Below are positions 38,058 through 48,320 of a DNA stretch of 64,000 nucleotides, one piece after another; within the stretch, counting starts at the first letter, position 1; every line of letters begins with the position of its first letter. This DNA is from Kaistella gelatinilytica (GTDB taxonomy: Bacteria > Bacteroidota > Bacteroidia > Flavobacteriales > Weeksellaceae), in assembly GCF_015679325.1 (NCBI RefSeq), contig NZ_JADPVI010000002.1, forward strand, positions 50,798 through 114,797, read 5' to 3'. A program made the translations under genes and the position numbers. The notes beneath the pieces were generated by a model. That model ran no database searches. It was not told where the DNA came from and was given only the letters and a program-made list of their open reading frames with translations.

Positions 38058-38720
38058 TTATTTAAAGTTTATTTTCCCACCGATGACATTTTTCACCTGT
38101 CTGTCATTTGGATCACCGTAAACATCGATAACGCCGCCCGCTCTGGTTGTTGCGTTTACGGAATCAGAAACATTCACTTCTGCAAATCCTCCCGCGTTCG
38201 TGGTGACGGAAGCACTTTGAGATTCTATATTTTTACCTAAATATTTTGCACCGGAATTGACCAAAATATCCTGATGATCTGCATTGCCGGAAACTGTAAT
38301 TTCACCCCCAGAATTCATTTTCGCATTCAGTGTTTTTGCATTCACTGCTAAATTTACTTTTGACCCTTCATTGGAAGTTAGCGAAAGCATTGTTCCTTCT
38401 ACTTCATCTTTAGAAGAGATGATTGAACCCTGACTTGCCTGAATATCATTGAGATTTTTGTAGAAAACTTTTACAGAAACCTGATCTCCCTGCATGATTT
38501 TGGTGGGCGCCATTCGAATTTTAAGTTCCCCATTTTTGTTCACCGTTTCCAAATCGGCGTTGTCGCCTGCTGTTTCGACTTTGTTTTCGTCGGAATGAAT
38601 AAGTACGACTGTGATCTTATCGTACACTTTCAACGAAGAAAAATCGCCTACATTTCGGGTCGATTGTGCGAAGTAAAATTGAGAAGCGAGGATTAAAAAA
38701 CTTCCGAAAAATTTGTTCAT
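38058..38720 (-). CDS. head GIN (DUF2807/DUF4097-like) beta-helical secreted protein
   Basis: 220 aa with a signal peptide. Repetitive G/N/S/V-rich beta-strand repeats of the putative auto-transporter adhesin head GIN family. Confidence 0.55.
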   Translation of the reverse strand: MNKFFGSFLILASQFYFAQSTRNVGDFSSLKVYDKITVVLIHSDENKVETAGDNADLETVNKNGELKIRMAPTKIMQGDQVSVKVFYKNLNDIQASQGSIISSKDEVEGTMLSLTSNEGSKVNLAVNAKTLNAKMNSGGEITVSGNADHQDILVNSGAKYLGKNIESQSASVTTNAGGFAEVNVSDSVNATTRAGGVIDVYGDPNDRQVKNVIGGKINFK

Positions 38721-38871
38721 AATTAAATTGATTTATAGTTTATAAACGTTTTCAATGCTCAATTATTTCAAATTTAAAAAAAAGATTTACACTTTTTGTA
38801 CAAAGGATTTTAATTATTTGACCTTAAATAATTTAAGTAAAAACAACTAAATAAAATTAATAGCAATTAAT

Positions 38872-39468
38872 TTACGGCAATTCCTGAATTTTTTTATCGT
38901 GAATTTTAGCAAAGAGCAACAATGCAAATATTCCACCTACAAGTGCCATAAACATATCGGTTTGAGTGTCCCAAATATAACCTTGCGTTCCTAAAAAACT
39001 GTCGCCTGATTCGCCAGAAAACAAAGAAACCCACCATTCTATCATTTCATAAAAAGCACTGATCGCCAGAATAATTGAAATCACAATAAAGAAAAGCCAG
39101 GATTTTTTATGAAGAACTTCTTTTCTAATTAAAATTTCGCGCGCAATTAAAGCTGGAGAAAATCCCTGAATAAAATGACCGATCTTATCATAATTATTTC
39201 TTGTTCCGCCAAAGAGATCATTCATCCACTTGAAACCGGGAACTTCTGCATACGTGTAATGCGCTCCCAAAAGCAAAACTAAAATATGTATGAAAATTAC
39301 GGTGTAAACTAAATTGGTAAACTGAAATTTTCGGAAAATAATTAAAGCTAAAATCCCCAGAATCACAGGAAAAGCTTCGAGCCACCAGGTGAAATTTTCC
39401 TTTGCTCCAATTAGAGAAAATACTGTGGCAACCAATGTTAAGATCAATAAAATATATTTGAGTTTCAT
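38872..39468 (-). CDS. DUF2238 (YjdF-like) membrane protein
   Basis: 198 aa, polytopic. 'FKWMNDLFGGTRNNYDKIGHF' is YjdF-like. Confidence 0.5.
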   Translation of the reverse strand: MKLKYILLILTLVATVFSLIGAKENFTWWLEAFPVILGILALIIFRKFQFTNLVYTVIFIHILVLLLGAHYTYAEVPGFKWMNDLFGGTRNNYDKIGHFIQGFSPALIAREILIRKEVLHKKSWLFFIVISIILAISAFYEMIEWWVSLFSGESGDSFLGTQGYIWDTQTDMFMALVGGIFALLLFAKIHDKKIQELP

Positions 39469-39839
39469 TTATTAAAAAATTTTAAATAGAGAAAAATGAG
39501 AAGAGCAACATAGATCGCAATCACAGGAATTGCCAGATACCATCTTTTTTGCAGCTTTTCTTCTGCATTAACGTTGGCTTTAATTTCTTCGTAAAGATTG
39601 TCTGGTATTAAAGAAACCGTGATTTTGATAAGGATCGGAACTAAAATTAAATCATCCAAAATTCCCAGTAAAGGAATAAAATCTGGGATTAAATCAATGG
39701 GGCTTAACAAATAAGCAATCGTAATTCCCGCAAAGATTTTAGCGATCAAAGGCGTTCGTTTATCCCGCAAGGCATAGTAAATCGTGATACTTTCCTGCTT
39801 GAGATTTTTCAGTTTCTGTTGAAGTTTTTTTAAGCTCAA
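39465..39839 (-). CDS. DUF1232 (YkvA-like) membrane protein
   Basis: 124 aa. 'YLLSPIDLIPDFIPLLGILDD' is the DUF1232 signature. There is a 4-bp overlap with the downstream gene. Confidence 0.6.
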   Translation of the reverse strand: MSLKKLQQKLKNLKQESITIYYALRDKRTPLIAKIFAGITIAYLLSPIDLIPDFIPLLGILDDLILVPILIKITVSLIPDNLYEEIKANVNAEEKLQKRWYLAIPVIAIYVALLIFLYLKFFNK

Positions 39840-39840
39840 A

Positions 39841-41094
39841 CTAAAATTTTTCCTGGATTAAAATCTCGATGAGATCTTGCAAAACTCTTTGAGAAACAAA
39901 ATTGGCAAAATCATTTCTTTCCAAATGCGGAAGAAACAATCGGTTTGTTTTCTCGAAATCCTTTACACGAATGGAATAAAAAACGGTTCCGATCTCATTA
40001 TCAAATTCATCAGAATTGGGTCCTGAAACTCCTGTCGTAGAAAGAGAAATGTCGGTGTGAAATAATTTCTGACAACCAAAACTCATTTCCTGAGCAACTT
40101 CTCCTGAAACCGCAGTTTTTTCTGAAATGGTTTTCTCTGAAACGCCTAAAATCTCTATTTTTTTATGATAATCATACGGAATTATTCCGCCCAGAAAATA
40201 GCTGGAACTTCCGGAAACCGAAGTGATCAATCGCGTTAATTCTCCGCCGGTGCAGCTTTCTGCGGTGGAAAGCGTGAGTTTTTTTTCGATTAAAAGTTCT
40301 TTCAAAATCTCCTGAATTTCGTTGCCATTCCAGGAGATTACTTTGTCGCCAATTATTGGCTTGAGTTTTTCAGATTCCTGCTGGAGTTGATTTTTTAATT
40401 CTTCTAAATCATTTCCGTTTGCGGTTAATCTAAGTTTTACGCGGTTTCCGATGGGTAAATAAGAGAGAGAAATATTTTTTGGTAACGCCAGTTCCCAATC
40501 TTCAATGGTTAAAGCCAATAAACTTTCGGGGAAATTAACGACAGAAATTATTTGAGATTCAAGGTGATTGAGAGAAAATTTGTTCTTTAAAAAAGGAATT
40601 ATTTTATCTTTAATCAACGGTTTTACTTCGTACGGAACTCCGGGAAGACAAATGGTAATTTTGCCGTTTTCTTCGATCATTTGACAGGGCGCAGAACCAT
40701 TTTCGTTCTGAAAAATACTGGCTTTGGATAAAACAACCGCCTGATTTCTGTTGATCTCCAGTAAGTGTTCGCGATTTCGTTTGATGAATAGTTTTCTTAA
40801 ATGCTCAAAAGTTTCGTCGTGTAAAACCAATTCATCATTAAAGAATGCAGCAAAAGCAATTTTAGTCTTATCATCTTTCGTTGGTCCTAAGCCGCCGGTT
40901 GTAATGATGATATCGCCCAATTCGTGAGCCGTTTTTAAAGTTTTCCGGATGGCTTCAAATGTGTCTGAAATGGTAAAAATCTGCAGGACAGGAATTCCGA
41001 TATTTTTGAGATGATTTGCGATAAAATTAGAATTGGTATCGATGGTATTTCCAGATAAAATTTCGTCGCCGATGGATATAAGAACTGCTTTCAT
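39841..41094 (-). CDS. cinA: competence/damage-inducible protein CinA (MoCF-binding + CinA C-terminal domain)
   Basis: 417 aa. N-terminal 'MKAVLISIGDEILSGNTIDTNS' and 'TTGGLGPTKDD'; CinA C-terminal domain. Confidence 0.8.
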   Translation of the reverse strand: MKAVLISIGDEILSGNTIDTNSNFIANHLKNIGIPVLQIFTISDTFEAIRKTLKTAHELGDIIITTGGLGPTKDDKTKIAFAAFFNDELVLHDETFEHLRKLFIKRNREHLLEINRNQAVVLSKASIFQNENGSAPCQMIEENGKITICLPGVPYEVKPLIKDKIIPFLKNKFSLNHLESQIISVVNFPESLLALTIEDWELALPKNISLSYLPIGNRVKLRLTANGNDLEELKNQLQQESEKLKPIIGDKVISWNGNEIQEILKELLIEKKLTLSTAESCTGGELTRLITSVSGSSSYFLGGIIPYDYHKKIEILGVSEKTISEKTAVSGEVAQEMSFGCQKLFHTDISLSTTGVSGPNSDEFDNEIGTVFYSIRVKDFEKTNRLFLPHLERNDFANFVSQRVLQDLIEILIQEKF

Positions 41095-41280
41095 TTTTAA
41101 ATTTAATCGGATAAAATTACGGAATTTAGGAAAGAGAATTTATGTATTTGAAAGTTATTTTGGTTTGTTCATGATAGATTTTATAAATCCGCGCTTTTTA
41201 AAAATGTTTGATGGAACGATGGTTCAATTCTTGTTGAGAACAGAAGGAAATCCTTTCGGAAGAAGAAACCAATTTTATTT

Positions 41281-41380
41281 TAGCCCCGATTGAACGGCCT
41301 GTTTGAGCTCTCCCGATGCAATCGGGAAGCGAGTAGTGAAAGCGGGTTTTTCCGTGGAAGAAAATAGAAATCCTGGTGCT
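41281..41380. repeat. mosaic intergenic repeat (reverse-strand copy of the 'ttcaatcggggcta' family)
   Basis: 'tagccccgattgaacggcc...' is the reverse complement of the core seen at 21200..21225 and 54520..54540. Confidence 0.5.
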
Positions 41381-41407
41381 TCTAAAAAACATTAAAAAAC
41401 AAATATT

Positions 41408-41788
41408 ATGATTACAGTCATTCCTGATGTGCCCGAAAATGTTGCGGCATTTAAAGCGACCGGTGAAATATCGACCAAAGATTTTGAAAATCTGGTTTTT
41501 CCGCATGTAAAAGCGAAAGTAAATACTTTTGATGAGCTCAATTATCTCTTTCTTTTAGATACCGATCTGGATCAGTTTACAGCAGGAGCCTGGTTTCAGG
41601 ACGCGCTTTTGGGTCTGAAAAATATTACAAAATGGAACCGTGCGGCAATTGTAACGGATAATAATAGTGTGCAGAATTTCACGGCAATTTTCAGTGTGAT
41701 CATGCCGGGAGAATTTCGGTTTTTCCCGATCGAAGATCTAGAAAATGCGCTGTTCTGGTGCGCAAATGGTGATGAAGTAAACGATTAA
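41408..41788 (+). CDS. STAS/SpoIIAA-like DUF3478 protein
   Basis: 126 aa. The 'AAFKATGEISTKDFENL...WNRAAIVTDN' pattern is typical of DUF3478. Confidence 0.5.
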   Translation: MITVIPDVPENVAAFKATGEISTKDFENLVFPHVKAKVNTFDELNYLFLLDTDLDQFTAGAWFQDALLGLKNITKWNRAAIVTDNNSVQNFTAIFSVIMPGEFRFFPIEDLENALFWCANGDEVND

Positions 41789-41831
41789 TGATTCATTAAT
41801 AAACAATCAATATTAAATCAAATAATAAATT

Positions 41832-42311
41832 ATGAAACCCAACTTAGGAATTACAGCGAAGAATTTAGATTCGGTCAACGATGTGCTTAACCATGTTTTA
41901 GCCGATGGAAATGTACTTTATATTAAACTGAGAAAGTTTCACTGGAATCTATCGGGAGATAATTTCATGGAACTTCACCTTCTTTTTGAAGATCAATACA
42001 CTGCGGTTGCAGAAGCGATTGATGAAGTTGCGGAAAGAATCAGCACTTTGGGCGGAGTTGCGATCGGAACTACTTCTGAATTCGCGAAAATGTCTCTACT
42101 GAAAGAAAAACCGGGGAAAGTTCCGACGGTTCAGGAAATGTTGCGCGAACTGGTAGGTGATCACGAAACGATCGTAAAATCTTTGCGTAAAAATTTAGAT
42201 GTCGTTGAAGATAAATATGGCGATGCCGGAACATCGGACTTTTTAAATGGTTTGATGCAAAAACACGAAAAAATGGCGTGGAAACTGAGAAAATATTTCA
42301 AAGAATCTTAG
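41832..42311 (+). CDS. dps: Dps family DNA-protection/ferritin-like protein
   Basis: 159 aa. 'KFHWNLSGDNFMELHLLFEDQY' is the ferroxidase-centre motif. Confidence 0.85.
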   Translation: MKPNLGITAKNLDSVNDVLNHVLADGNVLYIKLRKFHWNLSGDNFMELHLLFEDQYTAVAEAIDEVAERISTLGGVAIGTTSEFAKMSLLKEKPGKVPTVQEMLRELVGDHETIVKSLRKNLDVVEDKYGDAGTSDFLNGLMQKHEKMAWKLRKYFKES

Positions 42312-42329
42312 AATTCCATTTAGATCAAA

Positions 42330-42364
42330 AAAGTACAGCTGAAAAATCAACTGTACTTTTTTTG
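42330..42364 (+). terminator. rho-independent terminator after dps
   Basis: 'aagtacagctgaaaaatcaactgtactt' followed by T7. Confidence 0.7.
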
Positions 42365-42394
42365 GGGTCAAACTTAATTAGTTAAAGAAAACTT

Positions 42395-43687
42395 TTAATC
42401 TTTAATCAATTTTACGGTTTGAACTTCTTTGTTTGTTTTCACTTTCAGAATGTATAATCCTTTGGTTAAAGTTGAAAGATTAATTTTGTTATCCACAACG
42501 GTTCTGGATGAATACACCAATTGTCCGGTTGTGCTGTAAACTTCTGCACCTAGGATTTTATCGGAGGATCTTATCGTCGTGATGTCTTTTACAGGATTTG
42601 GATAAACACTTAACTTGTTGGAAACCGAAACTTCATTTGAAGCTAAAGCTGCTCCCGGTAATTTAATTAAAAATCCTCTTGCATCACCTTCAATAAAATT
42701 GGCTCCGATTCCGCCCAAATATTTTCCGTCAGGTGAAATTCCGGTTGGTACCGCAAAAACAATGTTTAAATCATCATATCCTAAGCTTGTAACATAATCG
42801 TTAAGATTAACTTTTCCACCTGTTTTAGTCCAGATAAAACCTTCACCTAAAAGAATACTTGTGGTCGGATCGAAAGATAGTCCCAATGCAACGGAACCAT
42901 CATCGGATATTACAGACATGCTGGTAACAAAATCTGGATTATCGCTGCTTAGGAAAATGGTTCCTTCGGTTTCATTCCAAATATAACCTTCCCCAGTCGT
43001 ATTTTTTATTCCCACAACTGTTTTTCCGTCTGCACTTACTGCAGAAGCAGCGCCAAGAATATTTCCGTCATTATCTTTTAAAAGTTGCTGAACACCATTT
43101 TTCCACATTGCTCCCTGACGAATGCCGTTACTTGCATCTTGCCAGCCAACGATCACCGAACCATCTGCACTTACCGCATCAGCTCTTGAACTTCTTGTTG
43201 CAACTGTACTTCCCAAACCTACGATCGCCGCACCTTCTTTCCAATAAACGCCCTCTCCCTTTGAGCTCGTATTCCACGCAAATCCTACAATGTTTTTTCC
43301 GTCAGACGACATTCCCCAAGCGGACGAAGTATCAGATCCCGAAGAAACTCCTAAGTAACCCAGAAAATTTAGAGACTGATTCGCAACTTTATATAAAACA
43401 GCTTCTTCTTTATCTTGGTTTGCGGGATTTGGTAGCGCCATAGAAATGATCGATCCATCAGCAGTGATATTGCAATTTCCAGAAACTCCGTTTGCACCGG
43501 CTTCTCCAATGACTATTCCGCCAGTTTCTTCAGACCACATAAAAAATGTGCTTCCATCTACGTTACCAACTGCAACGCCGGTATTCGAAACATCACTTAC
43601 CTGAACATAACTGCCAAGATCACTTACCTGAGCATTTGCAAACGCCAGTGAACAAACTCCGATAGCCAGAGTGTAAAACTTTTTCAT
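42395..43687 (-). CDS. T9SS C-terminal target domain protein with repetitive beta-propeller-like region
   Basis: 430 aa with a signal peptide. Repeated 'DGS.IVG...' units. The C-terminal 'LSVYPNPVKDITTI...LKVKT' is a CTD. Confidence 0.7.
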   Translation of the reverse strand: MKKFYTLAIGVCSLAFANAQVSDLGSYVQVSDVSNTGVAVGNVDGSTFFMWSEETGGIVIGEAGANGVSGNCNITADGSIISMALPNPANQDKEEAVLYKVANQSLNFLGYLGVSSGSDTSSAWGMSSDGKNIVGFAWNTSSKGEGVYWKEGAAIVGLGSTVATRSSRADAVSADGSVIVGWQDASNGIRQGAMWKNGVQQLLKDNDGNILGAASAVSADGKTVVGIKNTTGEGYIWNETEGTIFLSSDNPDFVTSMSVISDDGSVALGLSFDPTTSILLGEGFIWTKTGGKVNLNDYVTSLGYDDLNIVFAVPTGISPDGKYLGGIGANFIEGDARGFLIKLPGAALASNEVSVSNKLSVYPNPVKDITTIRSSDKILGAEVYSTTGQLVYSSRTVVDNKINLSTLTKGLYILKVKTNKEVQTVKLIKD

Positions 43688-44003
43688 AATATTTTTTTTG
43701 AATTATAAAAACAAAGATCTTTTTTCTAACCCTGTAAATAAAGTTTTTGGCTTGTAAAATTCATGAATATCAAAAACTATAAATCGATTAAGATCTGATA
43801 ATCAAACTTTTAAATTTTACTTCTTATTTGTTTTCTATTCACTAAACGAAACTATTTAAGTGAATATGAAGATTTATCTGGTTGAAATGTTGCTTTAAGG
43901 TCTAAAAACCTGACCGCATTTGATCCAAATTCTAAAGATTAAGTGCGATAAAAAAACCCTCTTTTTTCAGAAGGCTTTCTTGAACTTAAAAGTGATTTGT
44001 TTT

Positions 44004-44825
44004 TTATTTAAATATATCTTTTAAAAACGTCTTCATATCATTCCAAGATTTTTCATTGGCTTCTTTATTATAAGCAACTTTTAAATTGAATTTTTTGCCT
44101 AATTCTGTTGACGCGGGATTTGTGAATGAATGAACTGCATTCGGATAATCAATGAAAGTGTATTTAATGTGCGAAGAATCCATTTGTTTTTTGAAAGCTG
44201 CAATTTCTTCTGGTGAAACAAAAGAATCTGCCGCACCATTGCAAACTAAAATAGGAACTTTATTATTTTTTGGTTTGATTCCAGTCATTAAATTTCCGTG
44301 AAAACTTACGACTCCTTTCAAATCGCTTTCCTGTCTTGCCATATTCAAAGCTTGCGCACCACCGAAACAGTAACCGATTACGGCGATTTTATTATAATTA
44401 GCATTTTCAAAATTGAGAATTCGCGCTTTTGCACCATCGAATATCATTTTGGCATTCACCGGAATTTTATAAAAAGGTTCGGTTAACTTTTGAGCATCGG
44501 TCGGATTATCTACTACTTTCCCATCGCCATATAAATCTACCGCCATTGCGAAATAGCCTAATTCTGCCAATTGTTTCGCGCGGTCTTTTGCATAATCTGT
44601 TAATCCCCACCATTCGGGAAGGATCATTAAAACAGGTTTCGCTTCTTTTGAACCTTCTGTGTACGCAACGAAAGATCTGTAATTTTTTCCGTCGATGTTA
44701 TAGGAAACATCTTCAGTTTTTAATTTATTGGCCGAAGATGAATTCGTATCATCTGCAGCCGTTTTATCTTTGCAGGAAAATGCCATAAAAAAGAGAAACA
44801 GTGTCGAGATTTTCAGAAGTTTCAT
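44004..44825 (-). CDS. dienelactone hydrolase family protein (secreted)
   Basis: 273 aa. Lipobox 'AFSC'. 'IGYCFGG' nucleophile motif. Confidence 0.75.
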   Translation of the reverse strand: MKLLKISTLFLFFMAFSCKDKTAADDTNSSSANKLKTEDVSYNIDGKNYRSFVAYTEGSKEAKPVLMILPEWWGLTDYAKDRAKQLAELGYFAMAVDLYGDGKVVDNPTDAQKLTEPFYKIPVNAKMIFDGAKARILNFENANYNKIAVIGYCFGGAQALNMARQESDLKGVVSFHGNLMTGIKPKNNKVPILVCNGAADSFVSPEEIAAFKKQMDSSHIKYTFIDYPNAVHSFTNPASTELGKKFNLKVAYNKEANEKSWNDMKTFLKDIFK

Positions 44826-44911
44826 TGTTTTCGATTTTATGTTTTAAAAGTAACGAAAAAATCGCTACCAATTTTATGGTAACGATTTATCAATTTTGTA
44901 TTTTGAATCCT

Positions 44912-45778
44912 TTAATGAATATGTTTTTCGGCGTGATAAGAACTTCTTACCAAAGGTGAACTTTCAACATGTCGGAAACCTAATTCTTTCGCGAAGAGTT
45001 TGTATTCTTCAAATTCCTCAAGGTCTACGAAACGTTTTACAGGCAAATGTTTTTTAGTTGGCTGTAAATATTGCCCGATGGTAATCACATCAACGTTGGC
45101 ATTCCGAATATCTTCTATAGTTTGCATGACTTCCGATTTTTCTTCTCCTAAACCAAGCATCAAACCGGTTTTCGTACGATTTTGTCCGGCTTCTTTCATG
45201 TAACGGAGAACTTCGAGACTTCTTTCGTATTTTGCCTGAATCCGAACTTCTCTGGTTAAACGTTTTACCGTTTCCATGTTGTGAGAAATTACTTCGGGAG
45301 ATACCGCAATTATTCTGTCGATATGTTTTGTGATTCCCTGAAAATCCGGAATCAATGTTTCCATGGTTGTCCCGGGAGAAATTCTGCGAACAGCATTCAC
45401 CGTTTCAGTCCATAATATAGAACCCATATCTTTTAAATCATCGCGATCTACAGAAGTAAGAACGGCATGTTTAATTTTCATGAGTTTAATAGAACGCGCA
45501 ACTTTTTCAGGTTCATCCCAGTTGACGTCTAAAGGTTTTCCTGTTTTTACACCGCAAAATCCACAACTTCTGGTGCAGATATTTCCGAGGATCATAAAAG
45601 TTGCAGTTCCTTCACCCCAACATTCGCCCATATTCGGACAACTTCCGCTTTGGCAAATGGTGTTGAGTTTATATTTATCTACCAAAGTTCGAAGTTCGCG
45701 GTAATTTTTTCCGGTCGGAAGTTTTACGCGGATCCATTTTGGTTTTTGAAGTGGTGTATCGAGAAGCGTTTCGTTCAT
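44912..45778 (-). CDS. lipA: lipoyl synthase
   Basis: 288 aa. Radical-SAM 'CTRSCGFC' plus an N-terminal 'C....C.....C' auxiliary cluster. Confidence 0.9.
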   Translation of the reverse strand: MNETLLDTPLQKPKWIRVKLPTGKNYRELRTLVDKYKLNTICQSGSCPNMGECWGEGTATFMILGNICTRSCGFCGVKTGKPLDVNWDEPEKVARSIKLMKIKHAVLTSVDRDDLKDMGSILWTETVNAVRRISPGTTMETLIPDFQGITKHIDRIIAVSPEVISHNMETVKRLTREVRIQAKYERSLEVLRYMKEAGQNRTKTGLMLGLGEEKSEVMQTIEDIRNANVDVITIGQYLQPTKKHLPVKRFVDLEEFEEYKLFAKELGFRHVESSPLVRSSYHAEKHIH

Positions 45779-45823
45779 CTTTAAAAGTAAGTTACAAATT
45801 TAGGGAATTTGGAATTGTTTTCA

Positions 45824-46402
45824 TCAATCTTCGAACTCCTTTGTTTTCAATAATTCGGAGAGTACTTTTTTCGCACGCATGATTCTGACCTTTGTATTGG
45901 CGACAGTAATATTGAGTTCTTCCGCAATTTCCTTGATGCTTTTCTCTTCAAAAAAACGCAACCGAAGAATATCCTGATATTTAGAGTCTAAACTTTCTAT
46001 AATGGTGACAATTTGTTTCTGATCTTCAGCTGAAATTAAAAGTTCTTCGGGTGATAAAGCGAAATGGTTTTTGAAATCATCGAAATTGTCCGTGGAATCT
46101 TCATTTTCGCGGCTTTTCTTTCGCCAGTAATCAATAACTGAATTTTGCGCAATGGTTAAAATCCAGGTTTTAAACTGAAAATTTGGATCGTAGAGATCAA
46201 GTTTCGCCAGAACTTTAGAAAAAACGGAAACGGTTAATTCATCGGCAACATTATCATTCTGTACTTTCTTCATCACAAAACTAAAAACATCAACCCAAAA
46301 AAGATTGATCAGTTGAGTTTGAGCCTTTTGATTTTTATTCTTAGCGAGGGAGATAAGCGTTATAAGATCTGTATTTTTCATTGCGAAAACAAATATAATC
46401 AA
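45824..46402 (-). CDS. RNA polymerase sigma-70 factor, ECF subfamily
   Basis: 192 aa with sigma-2 and sigma-4 regions ('...DYWRKK...' and 'SIKEIAEELNITVANTKVRIMRA'). Confidence 0.8.
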   Translation of the reverse strand: MIIFVFAMKNTDLITLISLAKNKNQKAQTQLINLFWVDVFSFVMKKVQNDNVADELTVSVFSKVLAKLDLYDPNFQFKTWILTIAQNSVIDYWRKKSRENEDSTDNFDDFKNHFALSPEELLISAEDQKQIVTIIESLDSKYQDILRLRFFEEKSIKEIAEELNITVANTKVRIMRAKKVLSELLKTKEFED

Positions 46403-46508
46403 ATTTAGAACTGATGACTAAAAATAGAAAACTTAGATAATATAGCATCTGTCTTTTTTAAAATTAATTTAAATTCCTTACTATTGCAAAGTTATAAAAT
46501 CATATAAA

Positions 46509-46805
46509 ATGAATCCAAAGAAAAAATATAAAAAACAGATCTTAAAATCGTTAAAAGAGCTTTCAATTTCAGAAAATGTATTGCTCGAAACGATGACTAA
46601 TTTGATGTTATTAAAGGAATTAAAAGAAAATAATATTACTTTTAAAAAAGGCGACACGTTCTCTTTTGAAGATAATATTTTCGATTACAGCGAGGATAAA
46701 AATATCAGAAGAATCTCGAAACTTCGTAATAAAATGTTGAAAACGATGTTGAAACTGGTTGATAAAAATAAATTGAAAGATAAAGAAATCGAATTTCTGG
46801 CTTAA
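46509..46805 (+). CDS. hypothetical protein (98 aa, Lys-rich)
   Basis: ORF divergent from the ECF sigma gene. No family recognised. Confidence 0.4.
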   Translation: MNPKKKYKKQILKSLKELSISENVLLETMTNLMLLKELKENNITFKKGDTFSFEDNIFDYSEDKNIRRISKLRNKMLKTMLKLVDKNKLKDKEIEFLA

Positions 46806-46884
46806 ATTCAGTATTTCAAAATTCCCGATTTTACATCAAATAAAGATAATGATTTTTCAAAATTTCATTATCTTTATTTTTTAA

Positions 46885-47781
46885 TTGACGTATCAAATGA
46901 AATTCGGACAAGTTGAAGACCCGTCTCAAGTTGATTTTACTCTTCCAAAAGATCATAAAAGCACTGCCAAAATTTTAAAAAAATCGAAAGCAAAAAGCCT
47001 TGAAATGTGTATTGGTTGCGCAAAATGGAATAAAACCGATCTGAAAGGCTTTTATCCAAAAGGGACCGAAGACGAACTTACCTATTATTCAACTCAGTTC
47101 AACTCGATCGAGCTGAACGCTACTTTTTATGGAATGCCGAGTGAAGAGCAAATTGCAACCTGGCGCGATAAAGTTCCGGCAGATTTCAAATTTTTCCCGA
47201 AAGTCACCAGTACGATTTCTCATTACCGGCGGTTAATCAATATCACAGATGTTGTTACAAAATTTGCGACCGCGGTTTTAAATTTTGATGAGAAACTGGG
47301 AATGGTATTTCTGCAGCTTCATAATAATTTCAAACCAAAAGATTTCGAACGGCTGGAAAAGTTTATTCAGGATTGGCCGAAAGAAGTTCCGCTTGCAGTT
47401 GAACTTCGAAATGAGGAATGGTTTTCTGATGAAGAAATCTTTAATAAAACCTGTGAACTTTTCGAAAAATTCAAAATCACCAATATCCTTGTAGATACCG
47501 CTGGAAGAAGAGATATGCTACACATGAGACTTACAACTCCTGTTGCTTTTATCCGCTATGTTGGTGCGAATGCCGAAAGCGATTATACGAGATTAGATGA
47601 CTGGGTGGAAAGAATTAAGATCTGGAAAAATGAAGGACTAGAAAAACTCTATTTTTTTGTTCATCAAAATATTGAAAAAGCCTCTCCACTACTCTCTTCT
47701 TACTTTATTGAAAACCTCAACAAGGAATTTGGAACTGAAATTCATATTCCTGAAATGGCAGATGCAAAGACGAAATTTTAA
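46885..47781 (+). CDS. DUF72 domain protein
   Basis: 298 aa. The 'FYSTQFNSIELNATFY' start is typical of DUF72 (YecE-like). Confidence 0.7.
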   Translation: MTYQMKFGQVEDPSQVDFTLPKDHKSTAKILKKSKAKSLEMCIGCAKWNKTDLKGFYPKGTEDELTYYSTQFNSIELNATFYGMPSEEQIATWRDKVPADFKFFPKVTSTISHYRRLINITDVVTKFATAVLNFDEKLGMVFLQLHNNFKPKDFERLEKFIQDWPKEVPLAVELRNEEWFSDEEIFNKTCELFEKFKITNILVDTAGRRDMLHMRLTTPVAFIRYVGANAESDYTRLDDWVERIKIWKNEGLEKLYFFVHQNIEKASPLLSSYFIENLNKEFGTEIHIPEMADAKTKF

Positions 47782-47814
47782 TTATCTGTTTTATAAATAA
47801 ATTATATAGAGAAA

Positions 47815-47838
47815 ATAAAAGATGCATTTGTCTTTTAT
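47815..47838. promoter_or_regulatory. palindromic operator 'ATAAAAGA-TGCATTTG-TCTTTTAT' upstream of the Rrf2 gene (contains NsrR-like half-site AAGATGCATTT)
   Basis: 8-bp perfect inverted arms with an 8-bp spacer, ending 31 nt before the ATG. The motif recurs at 48321..48342. Confidence 0.5.
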
Positions 47839-47868
47839 TATTTTTTTCTGTACTAAATTAGCGAAATA

Positions 47869-48303
47869 ATGTTTTCAAAATCATGCGAATACGGAATACG
47901 AGCTTCTATTTATATTGCTAAACAATCCTTAAAAGAGCGCAAGGTAAGTCAAATGGAAATTGCCAATGCAATTGCATCGCCGGTAGCATTTACTGCTAAA
48001 ATTTTGCAGAAGCTGACGAAAACAAATGTTCTGCGATCGAGCAAAGGACCAAATGGCGGCTTTTTTTTAGATCAAAAAGATTTAGATGATGTTAAACTTT
48101 GGGATGTCATTCTTGCAATAGATGGTGACGGATTACTGGAAGACTGTACTTTGGGGCTTCGGAAATGTAATGCTTTTAAACCGTGCCCTATGCACAATAG
48201 TTTTGTTAAGATCAGAGCAGAAATAAGAGAAACATTAGAGGGTACTTCGCTGCGTTTTTTAGCAGAGGAAGTTTCTGACGGAATTTCATTTTTGAAGAGG
48301 TAA
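47869..48303 (+). CDS. Rrf2 family transcriptional regulator (Fe-S type, NsrR/IscR-like)
   Basis: 144 aa. N-terminal wHTH 'EYGIRASIYIA...SQMEIANAIASP'. Cys triad 'C-x6-C-x5-C' ('CTLGLRKCNAFKPC'). Confidence 0.8.
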   Translation: MFSKSCEYGIRASIYIAKQSLKERKVSQMEIANAIASPVAFTAKILQKLTKTNVLRSSKGPNGGFFLDQKDLDDVKLWDVILAIDGDGLLEDCTLGLRKCNAFKPCPMHNSFVKIRAEIRETLEGTSLRFLAEEVSDGISFLKR

Positions 48304-48320
48304 AAATTTTTTTCTCATAA

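Noticed and set aside
48061-48068. T8 homopolymer inside the Rrf2 regulator CDS, considered as a phase-variable tract.
   Set aside because: At 8 nt it is short. Such tracts are frequent in this AT-rich genome. Without read-level length variation this is not supportable.
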